From positions 11,222,001 to 11,286,000 of the forward strand of contig CM119384.1 in assembly GCA_051294905.1 (NCBI GenBank): DNA of 64,000 bases. Direction: 5' to 3'. The notes beneath the pieces are model-generated. The model saw only the letters and a list, made by a program, of their open reading frames with translations, did not search any database and had not been told where the DNA came from. Numbering within the stretch: the stretch's first letter is position 1; the number at the start of each line of letters is the position of its first letter. Source of the stretch: Botryllus schlosseri. Lineage: Eukaryota. This document shows, one piece after another, positions 1 through 12,600 of the stretch. Both the position numbers and the translations under genes were made by a program.

Positions 1-3000
1 GGGGTTCTGCCCGCATCGCCAAAATCACACCAGTACGATCCGCCGATCGCATTCGGGATGTTGGCGATGTCCACCTTAATCTGAAGGAATACAAAATTGA
101 AGCAAGGGATACAGATATTCCAATTACAGTAGCATTATAATATCGCACTATATGATACTATCAGAAGGCCTTGTGGTGAGTCTGGCCATAAAGGATTAGG
201 AAGATGCTAGTCTATCGTGGGTAGGGCTGGGCAAAATCGAGTACCTGAGTGATTCGATTCTGAATCACTTATTATGCTTCGAGCCGAGTCGAGTATTCGA
301 GTGTCACTCGCTATGACGTCATAATATAATATAATATGCAAAAGTTCAAATAAGTAACTTTTATGCCAACACAAAGATTATAATGCCTATTATCCATCAC
401 ATTAAAGATACTTTGGTATATTCTTTGACCATACCGATTTCATTGCACTTTGTGACAACGTTGTGGGATGATCATGAATTCGTAAATGTGATATTTCCAG
501 TAACGTTATTAGCTTTTTTACTATGTTTTGTATGCTGCAATACGGGCAATCAAGGTTTTAAGGGTACCACAGGGGGAAATCGTATCGTAAATCTAATTCT
601 CGTTGAAATTAAACTTCAGTAGCGAAGAGCGTATAATTTCAGTACTCGAAAAAATCGTCTTTTACTACTCGACTCGAATCATTAAAATTAATACTCGATT
701 CAGATTCGAGTACACGAATCATTGTGCCCAGCCCTAATCGTGGGCATAATGTTGTCACATTCTTCCATGAGCAATTGAGATACTGCAACTGGGCATATCA
801 ACCAGAAAATATAGCGAAATGGAAAAATTGGAAAGAATCCAACTGAGCAACGATCAACTAATGCATTTGGAGGAGGTGAGAGTATCAACTGACGCAACAC
901 CTAGAAAATCTACATGTGTATCAATAAAAAAAAAAATTTATGTAGTAAAGAATGATATAGAACACATTGAAAGCGTGTTTTACGGCCAATGCCAGCACAT
1001 AGGCCAAGACATTCAGATACAATTTAAAAATCAACGGACATTGGAAATTCCAGCTTTTAGTTCCGTTTCTCTCCATTGGCAATAACATTCCTTACAGCAC
1101 ACAGAACAAGTTACCGTATCAAAATAGATGTAAGGAAGTTCTGTTATATTGAGCTCATGTAAATAATTACCAAGATAGGACTCCGTAAGACGAACGAAAA
1201 TCTACATAGAGATGTAAATACTAGTATACTACTATTACTATCAATTAGTGAGAGTGCGATCATACCGGAAATGTTAAATCAATATAATCACAATCATAGC
1301 TAATAATCATTGTGGGATGTGTTATCCCTATTTAGTAGCAAGCTTCCATTTAATCCACCGTTGTCTGTACTAATATGTTATCATTAATACCGGCTCACAA
1401 TATCACAGGAATAACAAGCGAAATACTTCCAGTGCTTTGGCGAATACAAAGCCCATCTAATCATCATAGACGGCTTTTGTGTAAAAGCAAACTATTTCAC
1501 CCATTCACACGGTAATGGCCACCACCTTCACTCGCAATTGAACTGAATGGATCACAATGGAAATTCCGAGGTAGGTGAGAATAACGCAAGACAAAGCAAG
1601 TAAGAGTCTAAGTCATAGCTCAAAAGGATCATCATTTTGAGTGACATCTTCCTGGGTTAGTTATCAAGATGTTGCGCCACGGCGGTGTGAGATAGAAGGG
1701 TACAGAACCCCGCTTTTATGCAGCGCTACATGCATTCAACAGAACAAGGCGTGCTCGTGCTGCCATTAAAATACAGTATGACGTAACCACGCAAAGCGTA
1801 ACCATAACGCTTGGAATTTTTCGCATATTTCTACCGAGCGCACAGGAATGCCCGCCATTATTACACCATACACAAACATATGCCCTGCAGCACAACTCGT
1901 AGGAAGGATTAGCGGCGACAAGAGATTCAAAACCAAACGAATTCTCATTACCTTCTTATTAGACATTCGAAATCACGACATAACGCATTAAGGTATCTTT
2001 CGCAATCAAACCAGACATCAACAAAACCTCAGTTTGTGTAAACAGGAAAGTATGACGAACCAATCCTCTCATTGCGCATACATAGGAGGCATTGACAATA
2101 TATATCAAGACAAAGACTTTATGGTCATCGTCATAGTGTGATTGGTATTCACGTGTCCCATTTATGTACAATTCTTTGATCTACTTAGATTTGTACAGTA
2201 CCACAGTACAGAAAGCGTGTCCAGTAATTACGAATTCTAAGAGGTCGCTACATTAGGGACATTTTGGAAGAATCTCAGATAAAAGCACTCTCATCACCAC
2301 ACAGATTATTCGCGCCCACTATTTCAATAGCAGAGCGATCTCGAACACAAAGCGAACGGGGGAGGGATACCAGAGATTATAAAAGCGTGGTTAGTCAAGT
2401 TTTAAATTCCAGCTCTCAAATGTGAAACCAGAACTGGTATCACGTTGCTGTATTAGTGGGAATAACGAAGAGCTTGGATTACAACCGAGTTGATAAACAA
2501 GTGACAGAGCACAAAAGAACCATCTTTTACAACTTTTCTGGGCAAACATTGGCGGACATTTACATGACACAGTTTTTGACACACGACATCAGCAGTAAGA
2601 CATAATCCATTATTATCATGGTTACATTCTCAAAGTTGTCACTTCTATTTATTCAACATTACCGCTACATTCAACATTGCCGTATGCCGTGGTCACTTTG
2701 AGCCAGGCAACTACTGACAGTACTAAATAGCAATATATTGAGCCTTTGCGCATACAGAGATTACACGTGTAGTAAAAAGAGCAAATATATGTTCAACTTT
2801 GAAAGTCGCATCAGACATTAGAAATTGAAAATGCTAGGTAGCATTCCCATAATTATAAATATAATCAATGAACAAGTGTGAATGTATCATCCTTTTTTAG
2901 CGAGAAAACTGTTCGTTTACTAATTTATTCATCGTTGAATATTAATCAGCGAGGACAATCCGGAACTTGAATTTGAGCTGTCACAGAGATAAAAGAATTC

Positions 3001-6000
3001 TTTGGAACTTGAGAGTATATGAATATGAAGAGGCAAACAGCAGGCATGAAACTGTGAAACCACTGGAATACCTGTTTGGTGTTTGTGTATGACACACACA
3101 AGGATGACCAGCGTTGCAGTGTATACTTGTTTTCATGCATCAAAAAGTACACTTACAAAGATTTTGAGAAATCGTATCGTTAGGTTTCGTAAATTGCCGG
3201 TAAATGAGAGGGACTTTTATATCGGTAGACAAAATTTTACTGTTTCATAAAACGTTTTGTCACGACCATCCAAATTAGGTCTGCGAATGTACAGATTAAA
3301 ATGCATTTTTGATGTCCAAGTTCTAATTTCATAAACATCATAAAACTGCTTACAGCACCACTGCTATAAATAAATCGCTGACGAATCATAGTTAATGGCA
3401 GATGACCTTCAGAAAATTGCACAACTGAGGCAACACTTACAAACTCGCTTTGAGAAGACACATGTAGCGCTGCAGGATTAGTACCAGTCAATCTAGGGCA
3501 GCTACTTGAGTCCGAAGTCGCGTAATAGTTTGGTCCTTTCTCACACTCTGTTGCGGGAGCACATCTGAAATCGAACATATCGATTACCCGCCCTCACGAG
3601 TGTCAGCCGAAAATATTTGGGTTCATTTCAACAGGAATATACTTTTCAATTGTACAACTGTGCAGCTCACTGCAACCAAGACAGCATAGCGAGATAGCAA
3701 CTTACCACGTATAAACAAGCAGACATAGATATAAGCAGAAAGTAATGTGGATTTAATCGTACCAAAGCAAGAAAAACACCTTCACACATCACAGGGAATC
3801 AAACAGGAAATTATATCGTATAGATACAACATTTACTTTTCCGAATGAGTGCTAATTTGGCACTCTGCTAGCGAAATCAAGGACGTTACCTGTCAAGTAG
3901 CGTGCACCAACCGCAGAATGGATCACCAGCATTGAGGCAGTCCGCGCAAGTCGTAAACTTTTGGCAGTCGTGCAGCGGGAGGCTTGACAACTTCCTTTCC
4001 GACATCACAAAAAGCCTGGTGAACTCATTGTTTAATCGCATATCGGGAAGAATGGACGGACTGCCCATGTTCTTCCAACGATGATTATCCTTGCTATCGT
4101 ACGTATCGATGACGACTTTTTCGTAGGGTTCTAGAAGTCGATTTCCGGCTGGTTTCGAATCAATCTTGAGCTGGTGTAAAAAGTTTTGTTATAAATACGC
4201 ATTGCAATGAATGGCAACATATATATCAATACGCTCATTATGAATAGCTCAAATTTATCATGATTACCAATAACAAGACCATCATTTATTTGGGATTTTG
4301 TTTAGAGTACAGTATCAACAGTGTTCACCAAAAGAACTACACACACACACGATACCGGTAATACTAGTAAAATATTGCTTCATATCTACCGGTAATGGAC
4401 AGAATGTAATTGCCACGTAAAATTGCCATGTCTAGTTCATTATAGTTGTTGCCGGTGCAGAGAAGTCCCTCAGTGCCCTTGCTTCATACTAACATCAAAG
4501 CATATGTTAAGATGATGGGGCATTAAAATGGAAGAAATATCTATGTGGCAGACTGTATTTTATCATTGGCATATTGTCCCCATGCAGGGTAGGCCTACCT
4601 CATATTGCTAATAAAGGACACAAAATGAAGTTCACGACGTGTTTAGTAGCCTATTTATCGAAAATACTTTTTTCGCTTCCTACACAGTTCATTGATACCC
4701 ATAAGTGATCACTGGTCGGCATTATTACTATCGGTATGCAGTAACATAGCTAATGATTTGATAAGCGGAGGCCATATACCAAACTTCAGATTATACCCAT
4801 ATCATGTCAAAACAACAGATCTCGACTCATCTGGTGAGGAGCAATATTTAGTCCACAGCAACATATTTACAAAATTTACCAAAAGTGACAATGAGTCGAA
4901 AAATTAATCACAAGTACAAACCTTGAGCAGCTGACCATCATCAGTACCCATAAAAGCAACCGTATGCTTCCCTTGCTTCGCGACTGCCACCGATGTCACG
5001 ATCGTGTCTTTACTCTCATAAACGGTGTATCCGATCTTGGTTCGATTTCCCTGGTACAGGCCCACAATGTCCCATATATTATTGTCGCACAGTGGACGCC
5101 TGATAGGGAAAGTCTGCAATGACACGGATTTGAATAAGTAATTGTAAAACGGTACTACTATAACTATATAATACTGCTGTTTGGCATTCCCTGCAGTGAG
5201 TAAAGTCTAGTCAATTATCTAAAGACCAACCAACCATACTGATAATCTTTGAGAAGAGTTGTCGTCAAATACATTTCTCTCTAGGTAGAAAAGGGCACAT
5301 TGCTCAATGCTCATTGAGGAATTACATAGCCACGAGTTCACACTTCACATACCTTGATGAAACTGAGCCCCACATACACCATGTGTAAATAGATATCATA
5401 CATAAATAGAGTATACTGCACAGTATTGTTTCAAGGCGAGACTGCAATCCTAAATGGACCACCAGTAGTGTTCTACAATTTATAGAACATTGATAACAAC
5501 AATTTTAATCCATTTCAGGTTAAAACTAGATAGCGCATGAAAAATGGAAAATGAACCTCCAAAATGTGTAATTATGATATTTATCGTTCCAACACCTCCA
5601 GATCTTACTCTTACGCTTACTTGGTATACACATCTGAGGAGGTTTGTGTGTCAATTACAACCATTCACTGATACACAGTTGACTAAATTTCCAAATTCAA
5701 GGAGTGTTTGAAGCTAACGAAGGGAACGTAAATAATCTTGGACCACGTGGCCAAATTTACATTGAAATTTACCAGCTACATTTTTCCCCCACGCAGTTGT
5801 AAGTAGTGCACCCTCAATGCCACTTGATAATTAGCCCTCAGTGTGGGCACGCTACATCAGGAGTGAGGAACTATAAAAACGCATAAATTGGACAACATTT
5901 TGGGTGGGCCATATCATTTTTTACTCCATACACAAAAATTCCAGTTTACAAGTGGCTTTATATTCAACAGGTGGAAAACCTCCTAGTGAGAGCGCTGAAA

Positions 6001-7357
6001 AGTAATTTCATTCCTTGACAATTGCAAGATATATTTTGAAATCAGGCATATTGTTGTCTACGGCATTATCTTCCATTCATAGAAATCATAACCAATCGCA
6101 CTGACCACTGTAACCGCCCTATTACTTCAAAGAAATAGCACTTACGATTTTACTGCACGGTATGGCTCCTTCTCTCAACCATCCAATGTGTGTCATACTG
6201 TGCCCGTTCAGGCAGCCTCTCACCATCTCGTAATACTCCGCATCCAGTTCATACATTGGAAACATGGCAAGAGTGCTTCCGCTGGCAGTGTCGCCCTCCG
6301 TCGCGAAAGACACGAAGAGTACATCAGGATTAGGAGATCCAACAGAAATATCGATTCCGAGCTCGTTTTGCAATAGGCTGCCGACTTTCGCAGTGGTCGA
6401 GGTTATCACTCGTGTCAATAACGACTCTCTTCCATTAACCCACGTACGGGAAGCAATCGGAATTTCCAGGTACGAATTGGTCGTCGATTTTTCGTCTGTG
6501 CCTCTCATGCAGACCTGCGAGACGTACGACTTGACTTTATTTTTATTGACACGGTCGGCGATCTGCGGATATGAAATCACGAAATATCCAGTTTTGTCAC
6601 CGTCGAACGCGCTGACGAAATTGACTCGAAACTTTTCGTCTTTTGTCTTGGACGACAAGTCTTTTCTGGTTAAATGACTCGTGGTCTGTTTAGACGTCAG
6701 CTCTGAAGACAACATCGTCGGATCTTTGTTTCTTCGCGGCATTCTTCTGCTGGTGATCGTCGGAAACGACTCGTCATCTGAGATTACTTTGGTATCGTGT
6801 TCAGTCCTAGATGATCCGACATACAGCGATCTTTCTCGTCCCGCTCTACCTTCAAGAGCCATGAACGCGACTGTCGTCTGGTCAGGTAACATGCTTGCCA
6901 CAAAATCGTTGGCGCGGGGATCATTGGCAGGAGGAAATTCGTTTAAAACATGCGTGACATTACCGAGCTGCCTTAAATCGCAAATGCCTTGTTTGATGCT
7001 CCCGCAGGCCACGAGTCGGTCGTTATCGGAGTCTATTATTAGCAGCTTATTGTAGTTATTTGTATTTTCCGTTAAATAGTTACAAACTGAGTGCGGGTAG
7101 CATTCCGGACTATCCAATTTCGGGCCTGTTTCAGCCGTTTTCTCCGGTCTTAAATCCTGTCGAAGTTGATAGATCCTGTTCATGCCTCCGACGTATAACC
7201 GGTCATTTCCGACATCAAACTCCATGTGTTGGAAACTGCATAGCACGTCGCCGCATACTTCGGCGTAAAAATGCCTTTGCTCAATTGCACTAATTTGTTC
7301 CAGGCGATACGCCGAAAGAAGTAAAATTTGCCACCAGTATCGCAATGACGGGCACAT
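1..7357 (-). CDS. PLXN: Plexin, 5' part (signal peptide, Sema domain, PSI, start of first TIG/IPT); the gene continues beyond the left edge
   Basis: Exons 7357-6146, 5113-4922, 4170-3890, 3564-3441 and 80-<1, all GT-AG and phase-consistent (0,0,2,0). Motifs: LVACGSIKQGICDLRQL (Sema), VTSVAV...[39 protein letters not shown] (PSI), IKVDIANIPNAIGGSYWCDFG (plexin-type TIG start). Subclass (A/B/D) not resolved. Confidence 0.93.
222..736 (+). mobile_element. Non-autonomous hAT-type MITE, family A, copy 1 (in a plexin intron)
   Basis: 12-bp TIR TAGGGCTGGGCA/TGCCCAGCCCTA; perfect 8-bp TSD ATCGTGGG (214-221, 737-744); homologous to 29260-29626 and 31373-31889. Confidence 0.93.
3582..3642 (+). ncRNA. 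Degenerate solo hammerhead/pseudo-LTR relic of a Penelope-like element
   Basis: GATTACCCGCC-CTCACGA-G-TGTCAGC-C-GAAA-ATAT-TT-GGGT-TCATTTCA. Same layout as the hammerhead at 29871-29905, but the core is CTCACGA instead of CUGANGA and stem I carries an insertion. Confidence 0.65.
6146..7357 (-). CDS. PLXN: Plexin first coding exon (1212 nt; signal peptide plus most of the Sema domain)
   Basis: ORF 6122..7357 cut at donor AAAATC|gtaagt (6146/6145). N-terminus MCPSLRYWWQILLLSAYRLEQISA is signal-like. Confidence 0.93.
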
Positions 7358-9636
7358 GGCACTCGTTTGGTCGCGTTACACCGCTGATAAGACGGCACTA
7401 TGCAGACAGCATGCTGATTTCGTAAATTATAAAAGCGTTCAAAAGGCAACCATTTCTGAATTATTAAAATACATTCTAAGGTTAGTAAATCTTGACAGGG
7501 TTGTCTTATAAATAATACTTGCAATAAAGCTGCTACTAATTGTATAACTAGAACATGCTGTAATATCATGTTAGCCAACTCTTGGCAAGTGCACTAGCAT
7601 TGCCAGTATGGAATCAGTGCCTCGTGCACACCAAAGATTCTACTTGCTGCACACACGGCGTGATACTGGGAACCGTCTTGGCACACAATAAATATATTGC
7701 GTTAAACATACTGGGATTTTAACCTGATCATTGTTATACACATTGACATTGCACACAAACACACATGATACAAGGAATTGAGAATAATGCCATATTCATG
7801 ACAAAATGCCACAGAGCAGGAGTCCTTCCAATAATATCTAGAGCTAGTCAAGGACTATTAACATGACCTGGTTTTGTATTTCAACCAAAACCAATTGATA
7901 GGCCAATACTGGTATTTGCATTGTATAGTTAATTTTGATGGACGCCCGGCGGCAAAATTACAAGATTTTAACTTGAAAATACATTACTTTGATTGGGAAG
8001 TTGGGATTTACAGTAACTTCGCCGTAAGTAGGATTGCAGTCTCAGCCTTGAACAAATTTGATAACTGTAGTAAGGTAGCAATCTACATACCGTATGGCGT
8101 ATTGTAGTGTCCATGCTATAATCTTCAACACTCCGTGTTGTAAACAACTTAAAACCGTAGTTCGGGAAATAGCACACTCAGTTATTTACCGCTATAGCCA
8201 ACCTCACAGATTTGTCGGTTTCCACTTATTCCAAAGCTATTCGGTTCATGTAGACGTTAATGTATATACTGCAGTCGCATCTCGCAGTGCAATCGGTACA
8301 CCAGGTTATTTACGTTTTTAATAACGATCTTCGTCGTTTCAACGCTTTTTTATCTTGCCGGAAGAAATATTGCGATAGTTAAACGTAATAATACAATTTC
8401 TTCATTATCGGAACACTTCAATAACAGATACTTCCCTCCCTGGTTTTAGCGCACGCAGCCTAACAACTCCATCTATGAAGTCATGGCCCCAGCAGGCACT
8501 AAATTACATATGGCCTGCTACATTCCTTCGTAAATAACACTGCGAACTCTAGCGACCAAACATTAAAAAAAAAACTTACCAGTGGCCACCGATCCACGGA
8601 CCACATTCACGGACTTTATATCTAAATCTCAAATCGTTGGTCGATTATTTTCTGGAAGTTAGCTACTTATCCGCTTCGGATCATGAATATCCAAAGATGA
8701 ACATACAGATTTATACTTATACATGCTTGGGTTGCCATACTTTCGGATTTTGTTGCTAAAATAGGCGTCCTGGATGTATGATTATATGGTCAGGAAACTC
8801 CCTTTCGTACTCTGAGATTGTATAATTTTTCCGACACTTTTACTGGTCGCGAACATTTACTTCCCATAGTAACTGCCAGCTCTATTTTTTGGAACTTGCT
8901 TATTACATCAGTGGTCACTGGTCAAGTAGCATTCAGTCCGTGATATGTATTTGTATATCATTGCATGGCATCTCAGATATCGCTGCTGCTACTCTACAAG
9001 AACTCAGGAAGGTAGTACGGTGTATTATTGATTGAAGACGCCATGTCGTATCGACTCCTCTACGTTTTCATTGTATCATATTCTTGTGGTGTTTGATCTG
9101 ATGAAATTCGTAGTATAATCTGAGATAAACAAGGATGCTGGATGATAAATTTCCAAGCACAATGCATTGTGTGGAACTAGATTACGAGCACGTTCCTTTC
9201 ATCTTTCAGAACCTATTGCGAGATTGCTTCCGAGTCCGACTGATGGCTCTGAGCCATGTGACGATGTGTATAATATCACTGCTCTGAGCTGACTATAGAT
9301 TATTATAACCTCCGTAATCCAAGCTCTGAATCTCATTCTAACTCGGATTAAGATGAAGATATTGTATGACGTCACAATGTAGCTGATAAATATGATATCT
9401 TGAAGAAAATTCTCAAACGGGGTTTTCACTAACGATGAGTTTGAATATGACACAAAATGGAAATCTCGTGTGGAGCGGATTCGCGGGTAAAGGCTTGAAA
9501 AGATACGCACGCTATGCTGCTAATTTCATACTATCCTGAAATTAGTCACATATGATATTAACAACAAAAGTGTGCAGGACAGCTTGCATATCTAGGATAG
9601 TCCAGCGACCTTGAAACGGATAACACGTGAAAGAAT

Positions 9637-12600
9637 ATGAAAGAATCGCAAATTTCTGGTGAATATGATTATTTCGTGGAAGAAACCAGTTCCGATCGGA
9701 CAACCGAAGATACAGCGTCTTCATCTGTGAGTGATAAAAGCACTTGCACGGACACTAGCAGTGTTTGTGAAGGGGCGTCTTTAGTTAACTCACACGACAG
9801 CCCATCTGATAGCGCTGATCATGTTTCTTGGGAGGCTGACACTGCAAATGGTCATGCCCAGTCAACAACCTCGCAGTTACGGGCAAGTTTAGCCTCGAAG
9901 TCAAAAGCTAGCAGACATTCAAAAGAAGTTAGGAGGCAAATTGGAATTAAAGATAGATTAATGCAAAGAACATTCGATCGAGTTTCAACAAATCGCGAAG
10001 GATTGCATCGCGGCTCGGAAGAAAAGTGTGTAGAACCTAGAAAACAGTTTGCAGCTAGGTCCAAACGCATACTCAAAGATTTCGGCTTGGACAAGAAACG
10101 AGAGTTTCGCGATCGCATCAACCTCTCGTTAGCTGCATCTGGCAGAGCTTCGAAATCTTCGCGTGAGCGCGTACGAACGTCAGGCGGTCCTCGTGCGCCA
10201 GCAAACGTCAAGTTTTCTCAGGTGAACGATTCTGCGGGGAAGATAAAGGCGGCGAAGTCAGACGTACAAATGCCGAAAGTTGTTCGTAAAACGAATTCTC
10301 GTTCGAGATACCCGCCAATTTCGGAACGAAAAGGGAAAATCGATAAACCCGGGAATGATTTGCGGCCGACGACTGATAAGAACACAACTAATAACGCGAA
10401 AGGAAAGCCGAGAAACGATCAATTCCGTCGAAGGAGGCTATCTGGGAGTACACCCGCCCAAGAGAACAACCAATCACATCGCAGGCGATCAGCGACGAGC
10501 CCAGGGTGAGTTGCGATTGATTTTTGGCCCATTCCGTTGAGTCACAAACTCGCAACGCTACTGAAAATCTAAAATAGTATGATTAATTTACAATTTCTTC
10601 TATATAGTATACCAGCAATGCTTTTTGACAAGCTTGAAAGTGGGCCGTCTGGTGTGCTGACGTGGAACTTAATTTGAGAATGATTTAGTAAATTCACAGG
10701 GTTGTAGTGACTTGAGTCACGATTTTCTGATGAATTGACTTGACTCTAGTCAAATTTTGAAAATACGGAAATGACTAGACTCGAGTCAATCTGCGTATTG
10801 ACTCGACTTGGACTCGATTCAGTGCGCATGACTCGAACTAACTCATATGACTCGAGACTCAGACGGCCAAGACCGATATTTCATTGTAATTTCAAAGAAT
10901 AGGCCTAGTAAAGTTAGGGTTACCATACGTCCTCTTTTAAGAGGATTTGTCCTCTTTTTTGACTTTTTTGAAAGTGTCCTCGGAGGACGCCCTTTTGTCC
11001 TCTTTTTTGAGATTTTGTCCTCTTTTTTGAAAATCTACGTCAGATTTAGAGCAAATTGCGAGTGATATGACGTAAATTAGCACAGAACTGACGCTCCGGC
11101 GGGTATTTCGGAGTGAAACGGTTATTTTAGCTCTGGGCGGAAAGATGACCTTCCTTTTTTTTTTTAGTCAACCGATCACAAAGTGGGAAAAATTCACCGG
11201 TTTTTGAGAATTCTTCTCCGGTTTTGCAAGTCTTAAATTTCTGAAAAAGTGTCCTCTTTTTAGATTTCCAAAATATGGTAATCCTAAGTAAAGTAAACGC
11301 ACTGTTGGGATCTCGTCTATTGGTACTGGTACTTGAAAATGCGACCAGAAACTGCTAAAGGTGATGGAACTTGGTATTTTATAAATGCAAACCATTCGAT
11401 ATCAAGAAACAGAGTTATGAAAAGTGGGTTTAACAAGACTTTTACGCGAAACCGAGCACTGAGCAGTCAGCACAATGACTTGGACTCGTACTCGAGTCAT
11501 CATACCATGACTCGGACTCGACTCGCTGCTCGCTGACTTGGACTCGGACTTGACTCGGTGGTGAATTGAAATTGACTCTCCACTTGACACGAGTCAAAAC
11601 TATAAAAGTGAAATTGTCTTATGACTTGGTTACAACCCTGTAAATTCGTATGGGTCAGTGGTCGGGAACCTATGACTCGCGAGCCATATATGGCTCTTTT
11701 GGGTATAAGATATGGCTATTTGCTAAATATTTATTTTTGTACTAAATTGATCAATATTGCAGCAACTTGTGGGCAAATTTTCATCACGGCCAGAATAATT
11801 ATTCTCGTGGTAGTATAAACATATCTTTGAAACTTGAAGACAATGCCGTCTTCAGGTCTTGGGGCCCAGACCACCTCTTTTTAAAATCCTCAAATTTAAG
11901 TTACTGTCGCGCCGTCGACCAGTATCACTCGTGAATTCTATATACCGGACTTGCGATACGTTGATTAATCAAAGAGCATAGCAGACATAGCGACGCCCAT
12001 ATCCAACGTTCTTTTCAAATACACATTGCCTTACTGATCTACGGCTCGAAATGTAGGCCTACTCAGCACCGCAACTGCCGCACCCCGAACCCCCCAATTG
12101 GGGGGCCCAAAATTATTTCGTGAATTAGCATAAATCATAGAGTATTTTTCAAAATTTGTGCAATCTTCCAACATTTTTTCGCGCTGCGCGCGAATTCAAG
12201 TATCCATTTATCTTTATTATTGGGTATTGGGCCATTACCGCGCCACGACCCACCAAGACATACAATCAAGTTTTAGGCCATATTACATGCGACTCCAAGA
12301 AGTGTGCTAGAACGATCGGCAGCGAGAAAGCCTTGGCCGAAAGGGTCTATGCCCTTATGCTGACCAAAGACTTCGTTATATATACAAAATACATATAGGT
12401 TTAATTGTCCATAGGCGCCTAAATGACTGGCGCCGAATGCTCCTGTCTTTGCAATCTGAACCTCACAAGACAAATACCATCCCGCTGGGAAAAATTTTAT
12501 GCCAGTGAAGAAATACTAATTTGAAATCGTCTGCGTCTCTTAGTTTAGAAGCGTACGTTTGGGCGATTCTATATTTTTGATATAGCATACTGATGGAAGT

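Noticed and set aside
383-900. ORFs at 383-622 and 700-900 (also 10847-11065, 12855-13381, 46168-46601)
   Set aside because: They lie in or across non-coding MITEs and show no transposase motifs.
6188-7293. Plus-strand ORFs 6264-6677 and 6681-7055, and similar long antisense ORFs at 13995-14480, 20399-21028 and 22239-22763
   Set aside because: Shadow frames opposite real exons; no motifs or splice support.
8960-9490. Exon-like Ser/Asp-rich segments upstream of the giant gene
   Set aside because: Stops in all frames and an in-frame stop before ATG 9637; at most 5' UTR. Not enough support for a pseudogene call.
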